The notes under the pieces were generated by a model. That model was not told the DNA's origin. It did not search any database and worked only from the letters and a program-made list of their open reading frames with translations. From a virus, in IMG/VR virus record IMGVR_UViG_3300044635_002180, positions 32,001-96,000 of that record: DNA of 64,000 nt. The stretch is one strand, 5' to 3'. Numbering within the stretch: the stretch's first letter is position 1; each line of letters begins with the position of its first letter. Shown piece by piece: positions 1 to 10,094 of the stretch. A program made the translations under genes and the position numbers.

Positions 1-2
1 TT

Positions 3-335
3 TTGTTGAATGCAACAAACTCTTTTTCACAACTCAATGAATTTGTTGCAGCTGCACACAAATTACGACACACACCAGGCATTTTTAATTTGACGCAGCC
101 CGGTTATTTGACCACCAAGCAGGTGATTGAAATGCTAATCAAACACAATCTGACAACCAGCAAGCTATATTTTAAAAACATTGAGGATTTTGAAAAAACA
201 GTGGCAACACCACGCAGCAATTGTGTACTTGATAGCTCCCTTGCTATTCGCACCGGCATCAATCTTACACCCATTGAAGATGCAATGCAACTGGCCATTG
301 ATGAATACGCTTTTAATTTAAAACAACATGCATAA
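3..335 (+). CDS. C-terminal part of an NDP-4-keto-6-deoxyglucose 3,5-epimerase/4-reductase (RmlD-like, NRS/ER type), truncated by window edge
   Basis: NSFSQLNEF...GIFNLTQPG...TPRSNCVLDS resembles the C-terminus of NRS/ER-type enzymes; lies directly upstream of rmlB/rmlA. Confidence 0.7.
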   Translation: MLNATNSFSQLNEFVAAAHKLRHTPGIFNLTQPGYLTTKQVIEMLIKHNLTTSKLYFKNIEDFEKTVATPRSNCVLDSSLAIRTGINLTPIEDAMQLAIDEYAFNLKQHA

Positions 336-1326
336 AAATATCTTAATAACAGGTGGTTGTGGTTTCATTGGATCACATTTTGTTCAGCTTGCCAAACAAA
401 ACTTTGAAACAGTTGTGGTGCTTGATGCTCTCACGTATGCAGCCATCAATGCACCTGCAGCTTTATCAGTCAAGACTCTTTGCTGTGTAGATAATATTCA
501 TTACTACAAGGGCAGCATCAACAATTCACAATTGGTAGAAATGTTGCTACAGCAACACAACATTGACGTGGTTGTAAATTTTGCTGCTGAATCACATGTT
601 GATAACAGCATCAGCAATTGCATGCCCTTCATTGAAACCAATGTAACAGGAGTTGCTGCATTGTTGGATGCATGTTCTAGAACATGGAGCAATGAGTTCT
701 CCCACAAGCGCTTCATTCAAGTATCAACAGATGAGGTGTTTGGTTCTCTAACAGGAGAACAAGAGAGCTTCAAAGAGACAACACCATATGCACCACGCAA
801 TCCTTATTCAGCTAGCAAAGCTGCAGGAGATCATTTGGTTGATGCATATGTGAATACTCATGGCTTTCCTGCCATCATCACTCATTGCTGCAACAATTAC
901 GGACCAGGTCAGCATAATGAAAAATTGCTGCCCAAAGTCATTGGCAACATTTATCTTCACAATCAAATTCCAGTTTATGGTGATGGTGAAAATTACCGTG
1001 AATGGATTCATGCTGCAGATCATTGCACTGGAATTTTAGCAGCCATCAAGAATGGTAAAATTGGTGAGCATTATAATCTTGGCACTGGCTATGAAATTTC
1101 CAACATTGAACTCATCAAGAAAATTTGCCATTTAATGAATGCCAATCACCGCGCATTGATCAAGTTTGTGCCAGATAGGCCAGGACATGACAAACGCTAC
1201 AGCATTGACAGCACCAAAGCAAGAACACAGCTTGCATGGCAGCCCAAAATAAACTTTGAAGATGGTTTGCAGCAAAGCATAAAATGGTTTTGCAAAAGCA
1301 AAATTTGCTCAGCAACAGAATTTTAA
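328..1326 (+). CDS. rfbB: dTDP-glucose 4,6-dehydratase
   Basis: TGGCGFIG, FAAESHVD, STDEVFG, YSASKA, NNYGP, RPGHDKRY motifs. Confidence 0.95.
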   Translation: MHKNILITGGCGFIGSHFVQLAKQNFETVVVLDALTYAAINAPAALSVKTLCCVDNIHYYKGSINNSQLVEMLLQQHNIDVVVNFAAESHVDNSISNCMPFIETNVTGVAALLDACSRTWSNEFSHKRFIQVSTDEVFGSLTGEQESFKETTPYAPRNPYSASKAAGDHLVDAYVNTHGFPAIITHCCNNYGPGQHNEKLLPKVIGNIYLHNQIPVYGDGENYREWIHAADHCTGILAAIKNGKIGEHYNLGTGYEISNIELIKKICHLMNANHRALIKFVPDRPGHDKRYSIDSTKARTQLAWQPKINFEDGLQQSIKWFCKSKICSATEF

Positions 1327-1328
1327 TT

Positions 1329-2111
1329 ATGATGCATCAAAATAAAAAATCGCATCGTGGCATTATTTTAGCTGGTGGAAATGGCACACGTTTGCACCCC
1401 CTGACACTTGCAGTGAGCAAGCAATTGTTGCCAGTTTACAAATATCCAATGATTTGTTATCCCATCAACACATTGATGCAGATGAACATCAAAGACATCA
1501 TGATCATCACCATGCCAGATCAGCAGCATTTGTTTGAAAAAGCATTGCGCAAAATCATTGATGACAATGACTTGAACATAACATTTGCTGTTCAACATGA
1601 GCCCAAAGGGTTGCCAGAAGCATTCATCATTGCTGAACAATGGCTTGATGGTTGTGATGCAGTATTGATTCTTGGAGACAACATCATCATTAATCATGAT
1701 GCAATTGAAATGGACTGCAACAGCATCTATACTTTTCCAGTGCAACATCCAGAACGGTATGGTGTTGTCACATGCAAGCCCAATGGTTGCATTGATGAGT
1801 TGATTGAAAAGCCGCAGCAGTTTATAAGCAAAGATGCAGTCATAGGAATGTATGCTTTGAGCAATGCTGCATGTCAAAGAGCCAAGCTTTTAAAACCTTC
1901 CAAAAGAAATGAATTGGAAATAGTTGATTTGATAAGAGACATGGATACATTTGACTCACAGGTGAAAGTGAAAAAGCTCAATGGATTTTGGTTTGATGCT
2001 GGCAATCATGATGATTTGCTGGATTGTGCAAATCTTGTGAGAACCATTGAACAACGCAGCAGCAAGCCTGTGATACAACTCAAATATGAAAAGATGCACA
2101 ATAACATATGA
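1329..2111 (+). CDS. rfbA: glucose-1-phosphate thymidylyltransferase
   Basis: GIILAGGNGTRLHPLT, SKQLLPVY, ILGDN, IEKP, KPSKRNELEI, WFDAG; start moved from 1284 to the ATG just after the rfbB stop. Confidence 0.93.
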   Translation: MMHQNKKSHRGIILAGGNGTRLHPLTLAVSKQLLPVYKYPMICYPINTLMQMNIKDIMIITMPDQQHLFEKALRKIIDDNDLNITFAVQHEPKGLPEAFIIAEQWLDGCDAVLILGDNIIINHDAIEMDCNSIYTFPVQHPERYGVVTCKPNGCIDELIEKPQQFISKDAVIGMYALSNAACQRAKLLKPSKRNELEIVDLIRDMDTFDSQVKVKKLNGFWFDAGNHDDLLDCANLVRTIEQRSSKPVIQLKYEKMHNNI

Positions 2112-2295
2112 TGATGTGGCTTTTTGGGCTGAAAATGCAGCTCATGCACATAAATTCATCATTGTCAAAAAACAATGCGAAAAACTCATGGGAATGACTA
2201 CCAAAAAGCCCAGTGCAGAGCAATTGAGTGAATTTGGCAAACGATACTGCATCATTTGGAATGCAGATGATTCTTTTGATTTGATGCCCATATGA
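2086..2295 (+). CDS. hypothetical protein
   Basis: 69-aa ORF overlapping both neighbours in an operon-like run. Confidence 0.55.
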   Translation: MKRCTITYDDVAFWAENAAHAHKFIIVKKQCEKLMGMTTKKPSAEQLSEFGKRYCIIWNADDSFDLMPI

Positions 2296-2543
2296 TGGAA
2301 GCAATTGGATGGCTTGGAAGCATGTTGTTTGCATTTTGTGCATTGCCACAAATGCTCATGGTTTTGCAGCAAAAACACGCTCGTGGATTGAGTTGGGGCT
2401 TTTTGAACATGTGGTTTTGGGGTGAAATCTTTTGCTTCATTTATGTTTACAATCAACCAGCATTGCAAATTCCACTGCTTGCCAATTATATTTTGAACTT
2501 TATTATGCTGCTAATCATAATTTGGTACAAATATAAAGATTAA
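2292..2543 (+). CDS. PQ-loop / SemiSWEET-like small membrane protein
   Basis: Three hydrophobic segments; IGWLGSMLFAFCALPQ...ARGLS...PLLANY pattern. Confidence 0.8.
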   Translation: MMEAIGWLGSMLFAFCALPQMLMVLQQKHARGLSWGFLNMWFWGEIFCFIYVYNQPALQIPLLANYILNFIMLLIIIWYKYKD

Positions 2544-2581
2544 TAATTGAAGGCCGCGCTGCACGACTAAATAACCACAAA

Positions 2582-5500
2582 ATGGTCATTGAAGTCGCAA
2601 AACATAATGCAAGCATAGTTGATGTAGGGCCGAGCGTAATTGCTTGCAGCAACATAACTGAAGCATTTCTTGATGTTTTTAACATTGATTATGGCAAGGA
2701 TTTTGCCATAATCAAGCAAGCGCATACATACATCAACAACAATCCAATCATCAAGGTGGATGTGGTTGTCAAAGATCAACTTTACAAAGATGTAGAATTT
2801 ATTCTCATCAAAAGCGAGCAGCAAGGCATATTCATCAACGAAAACTCGCTTGTTGATGGAATTTTAATTGAGCAGCATCAATTGCAAGAAATTGCTGAAG
2901 AAGATGCAACGGTTGTTGATTGCATTGCTGAGCAAATGGCAGCAGTTGTGGATAATGTTGTTGTTGATGAATCCACCACCATTGATGTTGTGGATCTCAA
3001 GCAACAAGCCAAATTGCAGCAACAAAACAAAATTGCTCAACATTTGCACACAATTCAAGAAGAATTGTCTGATCAAGTAAGTTTTGAATTGCAGCAAACC
3101 AAGCAATCAATATTAACTGAAGCGCTCAATTTGCAAAACAAGCTTCAGCAAGATGGCATTGAGCTGGTGCAGCAAAGCATTGAGATGTTTAGGCAGCAGC
3201 TCAGAGATTGGGCTTTGTCCACAGAGCACCATTTGACTGCTTATGCAGAAGAAGCCATTGCTGATGTTGAACATCAGTGGACTGAAAAATGCGTTCAATT
3301 GCTTGATGAAAACAAAGAGAAATCATTGCAGCATTTGCAGCAGGATATTTCCATTGCAACCATCAACAGCATGGCTGCAATCAAAGAGAAACTCAGCGTA
3401 GAAATTGCAAATCACCTAAAAATGGTGGATGAAAGCAATGCTAAAAAAGATGCTGACATTGATGCATTTGTTCAAATGCAGATTAGCCAATTGCACGGGC
3501 AAATTGAGCAATCTCAAATGCAAAAATTTGATGCAAAAGTTGCTGAACTGTTGATTAAACAGCACGATTGGTTGCAGCAAAATATAAATGAAACAACTGA
3601 TGCTTATGATGAAAAAGTTGGTCAAATGTCCAATGAGATCAACAAAGTGGTTGCAGCAGCATCAACTGATGTTGTGGATTGCATAAAAAATGCAGATGCA
3701 ACCATTGCAGAAAAAATTCAAAATGCACTGCAGCAGCTCGATGCAACAGCGCAGCAATTGCATGAACAGCGCATGCAAAGCATTGAGCAAAGTGTTGCAC
3801 AGGTGCTCAAAGACAACATTGCTGAAGAACAAACTGATGTAATTTCTGAAGCACGCTCTTCAGCACGCAATGCTGTGCGTGATGCTCTTGCATCTTATAA
3901 GTCAGATGTGAGCAAAGATTTGAATGCTCAATTGATGAACATTCAAAAGGAATTGCATGCAAAAATGCAAATCTATATTCAATCATATGGTGGCGGTGGT
4001 TCTGTAGCCATGCAGTTTGCAGATGGAGGCACCATGAATGGAACATTGAATGTGTCCAATGGTCAGATCTTGTCTGCTGGCGTGGACTTGGCTGATATTT
4101 TTTCTCAAAGCAGCGGTGGCTCTCAGACACTGTCTTTTAATGAAAGCACTGCACAGCTCACCATTGCTCCAAATGGCAATACTGTTTCTCTTTCAGCTTT
4201 GAGTGGCGGTGGTGCAATTGCTGCTGGCAACTACTTGCCTCTGTCTGGCGGCACAATTGCTGGCAGCGTTACAATCACTAATACTTTGTCAACAACAACA
4301 TTGTATGCCACATCTGCATACATGACCATAATTGATATTACACAATATGAATTGTCTGGCTTCAACGTAACAGGTGATGTAACAGTGAATGGTACATTGA
4401 GTAGCTCGCAGATAATTTATGCTGACAGCGGCAACAGCAATAAATGGAGTTCAGTATATTCAACTGTTAATGCAAATAGTGCTACAACTTGGAACTATCA
4501 AGGAGCAGATGTTAAAGCACTTACAGCAAATTGGCAAGGCACTTATTCAACCGTTAACACTAATAGCGCAGCATGGGGCATAGATAATACCACTGATGCT
4601 GAAGTTAGAGCTTTAACAGCAAATTGGCAGAGCACATATTCAACTGTTCAAACAAATAGCGCAGGCTGGATTCAAACACTTGTGTTTGATGAAAGCAATG
4701 CACAGCTGTCCATTTCAGGAGGTAATACCATATCATTATCATCACTTGATGGTGGCTATGCTGATAGATTGGTTAATGGCTCTTATCAAGTAATGTTGAG
4801 TAGTGATGGCATTGTTAATATTCCAGGCACTTTGACTGTGCCAAATTTAACTGGTGGTAAAATTATCACTGCATCACCTTTTGATGATATATCAAGTTTT
4901 TATGGTTTGACAGGTATACCTGTTAGTCAAAATGGTGTTGATGGTACCATTGATATAAGCAGCGTTGGGGTAGTTACTGTATCAAATCAGGGTAAAAATT
5001 ATACAGATGGGGTAGCCATTATAGGTGGTGGTACAAGAATTTTAATTACCACAACATTGTATGGTTGGATATTTAGCCCAGATGGCTCAATTACATTTCC
5101 TGATAATACAATACAAACTACTGCTTTTATTGCAGGTGAGCCATTGTTTACCACATGGGCGCAGACTTATTCTGCCAATTATGATTCAACATACACAACA
5201 GTCAATGCCAATTCTGCATCATGGGGAGGTGGTAGTACGATTGATACTGGTGTACGAGCATTAACTTCAAATTGGCAAAACACCTACACAAGTTTTAGCA
5301 CACAAAGCGCTAACAATATATCAACTTACACAACAGTCAATGCTAACTCTGCATCATGGGGTGCAAGCACAGGTGTAAGTTATTTGTCTGCACTCAATGA
5401 TGTTAGTATTCCTGCTCCTGTTAATGGTCAGGTATTAACATACAATGCAATTTTAAATAAATGGACTGCAGGAACACCTTTATCAGCAACAGGTGCTACT

Positions 5501-6151
5501 GGCTACTATGGTTCATTTTATGATGAACGAAATCAAAATGCCACAAGCCCCACAAGTGCTTATACAGTATCCATGAGTGGTACATTTGAATCAAATGGCA
5601 TTTCTCTCAGCAGCAACAACATAATTTTTCAATATGCTGGAACGTATGAAATTATTTACAGCTTACAAATTGAAAATAGTCATAATGCTCAGGAAGATGT
5701 TCAAGTTTGGTTTACTAAAAATGGTGCAAATATTCCCAATTCAAATTCTGTTTTTACCGTTCATGCAAAAACAGGCAATATAACAGGTAAAATTGTGATG
5801 GTCACACCTTTCATCACCACAGTAAATGCAGGTGATGCAATTGGCATAAAATGGGCAGCAGCAGATACAGGCGTCTCTATAGTCTCTCTGCCACCCAATA
5901 CAACACCAACAACACCTGCTGCTCCCGGTGTAATTTTTACTGTAAAACAAGTCACCAATGTTCAAGTACCAGGATCCATTACATCAAATTATTTGCCACT
6001 TTCAGGTGGCACTCTCACCGGCACTGTTTCAACCAACAGTGACATTGAAATCACAGATTCTACCAAAGGAATCATTTTGAGATCACCCAGCAGCTTTAAA
6101 TACAGAGTAACAGTCAGTGATGCTGGTGAACTCATAACCACTTTAGTATAA
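2582..6151 (+). CDS. large virion fibre-like protein: N-terminal coiled coil, repeat shaft, C1q/BclA-like C-terminal domain
   Basis: ~450-aa Q/E-rich helical region, GGGGS linker, YLPLSGGT motifs, VRALTANWQSTY repeats, YGSFYD...GTYEIIYSLQ...VWFTKNG domain; TAAATA upstream. Confidence 0.65.
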   Translation: MVIEVAKHNASIVDVGPSVIACSNITEAFLDVFNIDYGKDFAIIKQAHTYINNNPIIKVDVVVKDQLYKDVEFILIKSEQQGIFINENSLVDGILIEQHQLQEIAEEDATVVDCIAEQMAAVVDNVVVDESTTIDVVDLKQQAKLQQQNKIAQHLHTIQEELSDQVSFELQQTKQSILTEALNLQNKLQQDGIELVQQSIEMFRQQLRDWALSTEHHLTAYAEEAIADVEHQWTEKCVQLLDENKEKSLQHLQQDISIATINSMAAIKEKLSVEIANHLKMVDESNAKKDADIDAFVQMQISQLHGQIEQSQMQKFDAKVAELLIKQHDWLQQNINETTDAYDEKVGQMSNEINKVVAAASTDVVDCIKNADATIAEKIQNALQQLDATAQQLHEQRMQSIEQSVAQVLKDNIAEEQTDVISEARSSARNAVRDALASYKSDVSKDLNAQLMNIQKELHAKMQIYIQSYGGGGSVAMQFADGGTMNGTLNVSNGQILSAGVDLADIFSQSSGGSQTLSFNESTAQLTIAPNGNTVSLSALSGGGAIAAGNYLPLSGGTIAGSVTITNTLSTTTLYATSAYMTIIDITQYELSGFNVTGDVTVNGTLSSSQIIYADSGNSNKWSSVYSTVNANSATTWNYQGADVKALTANWQGTYSTVNTNSAAWGIDNTTDAEVRALTANWQSTYSTVQTNSAGWIQTLVFDESNAQLSISGGNTISLSSLDGGYADRLVNGSYQVMLSSDGIVNIPGTLTVPNLTGGKIITASPFDDISSFYGLTGIPVSQNGVDGTIDISSVGVVTVSNQGKNYTDGVAIIGGGTRILITTTLYGWIFSPDGSITFPDNTIQTTAFIAGEPLFTTWAQTYSANYDSTYTTVNANSASWGGGSTIDTGVRALTSNWQNTYTSFSTQSANNISTYTTVNANSASWGASTGVSYLSALNDVSIPAPVNGQVLTYNAILNKWTAGTPLSATGATGYYGSFYDERNQNATSPTSAYTVSMSGTFESNGISLSSNNIIFQYAGTYEIIYSLQIENSHNAQEDVQVWFTKNGANIPNSNSVFTVHAKTGNITGKIVMVTPFITTVNAGDAIGIKWAAADTGVSIVSLPPNTTPTTPAAPGVIFTVKQVTNVQVPGSITSNYLPLSGGTLTGTVSTNSDIEITDSTKGIILRSPSSFKYRVTVSDAGELITTLV

Positions 6152-6152
6152 T

Positions 6153-6476
6153 ATGCCAATTCATGTAACAACATCTACAACGCAAAGCCTGAGTAACAAA
6201 ACATTTGTTGATCATTTGTCAACAACTGGAGTTGCATATGCAAGTGGTGGCAACAGCAATCAATGGAACAGTGCTTACACCACAGTAAATGCAAATAGCG
6301 CCACATGGGGAACAGGTGGAGGCAGTACCATTGATACAGGTGTTAGAGCTTTAACAGCTGATTGGCAAAGCACATACACAACAGTACTGGCTAATAGCGC
6401 CACATGGGGTACAGGCGGTGGATCATTTACTGTTGAAGATGCCAACACCATCATTGGACTATCCGTGTTTTTATAA
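6153..6476 (+). CDS. small fibre-associated protein with ANSATWG repeats
   Basis: Shares the shaft repeat with 2582 and 10994; internal DNA duplication aatagcgccacatgggg. Confidence 0.6.
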   Translation: MPIHVTTSTTQSLSNKTFVDHLSTTGVAYASGGNSNQWNSAYTTVNANSATWGTGGGSTIDTGVRALTADWQSTYTTVLANSATWGTGGGSFTVEDANTIIGLSVFL

Positions 6477-6488
6477 CTAAATACTTTT

Positions 6489-6839
6489 ATGGCAACTTAT
6501 TCTAAAATTCCTTTTTCACAAAGTTCAAATGGAAAGAGCATTATACTCTCTCTTTCTTCTGCACCAGGTGTATTAATTCACACTGCAGTTGCAACTCCAT
6601 CAACAGATGAAATTTGGCTGTACGCTTCAAATATAACAGCAGCAGACAGCATGACTACTTTTTATTGGGGTACTACTGCAATTGGTGATGTATTAGCCCA
6701 GGTGAATGTGCAGGCATATGCTGGCCTGATATTGATTGTGCCTGGATTAATTCTTAGTGATGCAAATACAATTTACGCCTTTACACAAACACCAAGCGCA
6801 GTTGATATTGCTGGATATGTCAACAGAATCACTGCATAA
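6489..6839 (+). CDS. hypothetical structural protein (small beta-rich)
   Basis: TAAATA-N5-ATG; DEIWLYASN motif; lies in the fibre cluster. Confidence 0.6.
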   Translation: MATYSKIPFSQSSNGKSIILSLSSAPGVLIHTAVATPSTDEIWLYASNITAADSMTTFYWGTTAIGDVLAQVNVQAYAGLILIVPGLILSDANTIYAFTQTPSAVDIAGYVNRITA

Positions 6840-6841
6840 TT

Positions 6842-9202
6842 ATGAGCATCAGATACGGTCAGAAAGCAGCAACGTCTGCGGATAAAATCATCTCTTCCTC
6901 TTTCATGGGGTACAATAGATTTAATAATCTAAACAAACCCATTGCTGCTGCAGGCACCACAGATCGTCCCACTGATTTGCTTGCATCCCCTGTTATCTCT
7001 AGCTCAGAACAGAAGATTGCTTTGTTGGTTTTTATATCAAATGATTCATCTAATTTTTTAGCTTTTACAATTGCAGGCAACTATACAGTTGATTGGGGAG
7101 ATGGAACAGCACCACAAAACGTCTCATCTGGTACCGCTGCGCAATACTCTTACAACTATTCAACATATGATCCAACCAATTCCACTCTAACATCTAGTGG
7201 ATTTAAACAAGCATGGGTGATTATAACACCACAAGGTGGAGCAAATATAACATCTGTAAATCTTCAGACCAGACACTCTTCTGCGCTAGCGGCTAACTAT
7301 TATAGCCAGCCTATAAATGAAATATATCTTTCTGCTCCAAATCTAACATCATTAACAATTGGGTCATCATCTCCTACTACTGTTGTATTTTCTAGATATT
7401 GCAGATACGTTAATTTAATTAATACAGGAGCACTAACCAGTTTTGCAAATTTGTTTTATAGTATGTATTCTTTAGTGCTTGTTGATGTTGGTACAACAGC
7501 CGCAATAACAAGCATGGCTAGTATGTTTGTTTTCTGTTGGAGTTTATTAGATGTTAGATTTAGTTCCAATGCAAATTTAGCGGGGGTGCTGACCACATTT
7601 CAAATGTTTTATGATTGCCGCAGATTAACAGCAGCTCCATTATTCAATACAGCATCCGTGACAAATATGACAACTATGTTTTATCAATGTTATTCATTGG
7701 TGAGTGTACCGCTGTATGATACTCGTAGTTGTACTGCGATGAATCAAATGTTTCAGCTTTGCTATGGACTTAAAACAGTTCCACTATTTAATACAGTTAG
7801 AGTAACAGACATGACACAGATGTTTGCTAACTGCCATGGTTTAGTATCAGTGCCACTATTTAATACAATCGCATTAATAAATATGAGTAGCATGTTTTCT
7901 TCTTGCTACAGTTTAGAGACAGTGCCACTATTCAATACAGCCGCAGTAACAACCATGGCATCTACATTTACTAGCTGTTTCTCTCTACAAAATGTTCCAG
8001 CGTTCAATGCAGCTAATGTTATAAACATGGTCAGCACATTTAACTCATGTCATTCATTGATTAATGTTGGATTGATTAATACTATTAAAGTTCAGGACAT
8101 GTCTAATATGTTTGTAAACTGCTATAGTTTAAAAACAGTTCCTTTATTTAATACCATAGCTGTGACAAACATGACACAGATGTTTAGTGGTTGCGTCAAT
8201 TTAGTAACTGTACCTTTATTTAACACTGGTGCAGTAACAGCGATGAGTAGTATGTTTAACGCTTGTCACAGTCTAACATCAGTGCCTTTATTTAACACAG
8301 CAAACGTCACTTTATTTAACAACATGTTTACCTCTTGTTATAGTTTAACAAGTGTACCATTGTTTAATACTATTAAAGGAACCAACTTTGGTAATATGTT
8401 TCTTGTGTGTACCAGTTTAATGAGTATTCCTACATTCAATACAGTTGCTGCAACTGAAATTACAAGCATGGTTAGCCAGTGTTACAGTTTAAATACATTT
8501 CCTGCTATGAATTTTAGTGCAGTAAATTCTTCAACTCAGACAATCAACCAGTGCTATAGCATGGCTTCTTTCAATGCCACAGGTTTGAGATACACTATGG
8601 ATTTTAGCAATTGTAAATTTTCAAAAGATGCTCTTGAAACAATCTTTGCAAATTTAGGAACAGCTTTTGCAGGCGCAACGAGAACTATAACTATAACAAA
8701 CAACTGGGGCGCACCTACTCCAGTATCATTAACAGGAACACCTGCTGCTGGCTCTACAACCATCACAATGGCAAATACCACTGGTTTATCTGCTGGCATG
8801 CAAGTCACAGGAACCAATACTAGTCTCACAACAGGACGAGCAGTAACATTTATAGATGCAGGTGATTTAGTAAATCTTACAGCACATGGATTGAGCGATG
8901 GAGATGAAGTTGCTTTCTCAGTCATCACCACAACAACAGGCATTGTAATTAATACAATTTATTTTGTGGTTAATGCTGCTGCTGATAATTTTCAAGTAGC
9001 TAGCACATTAGGAGGCTCAGCATTACCATTAACAACCAATGGTTCTGGAACAGTGAAATACAATTCAACCATTGTTAGCATTGTGCCAAATACAAGTGTC
9101 ACCATGTCAAGACCCATGGCTGGTGGTTCAGCGCAAACACTAGCGTTTCGCTTGCTAGGCACATACAGAGCTATTCTCAAAGGATTCGCAGTAACAGGTT
9201 AA
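6842..9202 (+). CDS. BspA/DUF285-like leucine-rich-repeat protein, putative receptor-binding/adhesin
   Basis: About 15 tandem ~24-aa repeats xVTnMxxMFxxCxSLxxVPLFNT; VDWGDG PKD-like motif near the N-terminus. Confidence 0.8.
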   Translation: MSIRYGQKAATSADKIISSSFMGYNRFNNLNKPIAAAGTTDRPTDLLASPVISSSEQKIALLVFISNDSSNFLAFTIAGNYTVDWGDGTAPQNVSSGTAAQYSYNYSTYDPTNSTLTSSGFKQAWVIITPQGGANITSVNLQTRHSSALAANYYSQPINEIYLSAPNLTSLTIGSSSPTTVVFSRYCRYVNLINTGALTSFANLFYSMYSLVLVDVGTTAAITSMASMFVFCWSLLDVRFSSNANLAGVLTTFQMFYDCRRLTAAPLFNTASVTNMTTMFYQCYSLVSVPLYDTRSCTAMNQMFQLCYGLKTVPLFNTVRVTDMTQMFANCHGLVSVPLFNTIALINMSSMFSSCYSLETVPLFNTAAVTTMASTFTSCFSLQNVPAFNAANVINMVSTFNSCHSLINVGLINTIKVQDMSNMFVNCYSLKTVPLFNTIAVTNMTQMFSGCVNLVTVPLFNTGAVTAMSSMFNACHSLTSVPLFNTANVTLFNNMFTSCYSLTSVPLFNTIKGTNFGNMFLVCTSLMSIPTFNTVAATEITSMVSQCYSLNTFPAMNFSAVNSSTQTINQCYSMASFNATGLRYTMDFSNCKFSKDALETIFANLGTAFAGATRTITITNNWGAPTPVSLTGTPAAGSTTITMANTTGLSAGMQVTGTNTSLTTGRAVTFIDAGDLVNLTAHGLSDGDEVAFSVITTTTGIVINTIYFVVNAAADNFQVASTLGGSALPLTTNGSGTVKYNSTIVSIVPNTSVTMSRPMAGGSAQTLAFRLLGTYRAILKGFAVTG

Positions 9203-9206
9203 TTTT

Positions 9207-9632
9207 ATGAACAACGCAGGATTTTACAAAAAAGACGAAACGCAAATTTTATTTGCCCCAAATATAGTGGATGGCCCTGGCTATATGCTGGTAGTGGCTG
9301 ATAAAGATTCATATGAGTATCCAGTGGACGGTTGGATTTATGCTGATTCTTTGGATGCTGCAATTGCTTACTTTGCCAGCAATTCGAACGCATCAACTGA
9401 TGCCTTTGATGTGCAACCAGAGAATTATAAACTTGCTACAACCAGAGATGATGAAGCAGAGTTTAATAAATTGATTACGCTCTTGACATTAGCATTGCAA
9501 CAAAATAGAATGCTGCCATCCACAGAGATCGCAATTTGGGACAGCAATAAGCAGCCTCGCACCATCACAGTGCAGCGATTTTTAGAAATCATGGTGGATT
9601 ATGGTCTGCACTGCTACAGCAGCAGAAATTAA
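9207..9632 (+). CDS. putative fibre assembly/chaperone protein
   Basis: Follows the LRR fibre gene; YEYPVDGW and C-terminal helical region typical of fibre-adjacent small proteins; function inferred. Confidence 0.45.
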   Translation: MNNAGFYKKDETQILFAPNIVDGPGYMLVVADKDSYEYPVDGWIYADSLDAAIAYFASNSNASTDAFDVQPENYKLATTRDDEAEFNKLITLLTLALQQNRMLPSTEIAIWDSNKQPRTITVQRFLEIMVDYGLHCYSSRN

Positions 9633-10036
9633 CCAACTGCAATCATTTTTATCACTGATGCTTGTGATGCATCGCATTCACAATCTTCTGATTCATAATC
9701 CATGAACTGTGATGCATCAGTGATGTACTGATTGGCAATGGTGATTTTGCTCTGCACCCACCCTGGAATGGTTTCCATGGATTGCAAATGCTGCATCATG
9801 GTTTCCACTTGCTTTTTGATGGCAAGCAAATCAGCCATGGCCATTTTTATCTCTTGATGCTCACCGTGCTGCAATTTATCCATTTGCTCACAATCTTCTG
9901 ATGGTGCATTGCTCAGCATGCCTGGTGTGTTGAATGGACCACCACCAGTTGACATGTCAGCTTGCATTGGCAACCCACCTTCACGAGGGCTCATGTAGTT
10001 TTCCCAAATTAAATCGGATTCAATGGAGTATTTCAT
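9629..10036 (-). CDS. hypothetical protein, possible internal head protein
   Basis: TAAATA-N5-ATG; EIKMAMADL...IPGWVQSKITIANQYI motif. Confidence 0.6.
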   Translation of the reverse strand: MKYSIESDLIWENYMSPREGGLPMQADMSTGGGPFNTPGMLSNAPSEDCEQMDKLQHGEHQEIKMAMADLLAIKKQVETMMQHLQSMETIPGWVQSKITIANQYITDASQFMDYESEDCECDASQASVIKMIAVG

Positions 10037-10094
10037 ATGTTTATTTATTAAAGCAAGCGATGTATGTTCTCAATGCTTTAACAAATTATGCAAA

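Noticed and set aside
3-2543. Host O-antigen locus or prophage junction
   Set aside because: Same composition and tight packing as the phage genes; no integrase or att site seen
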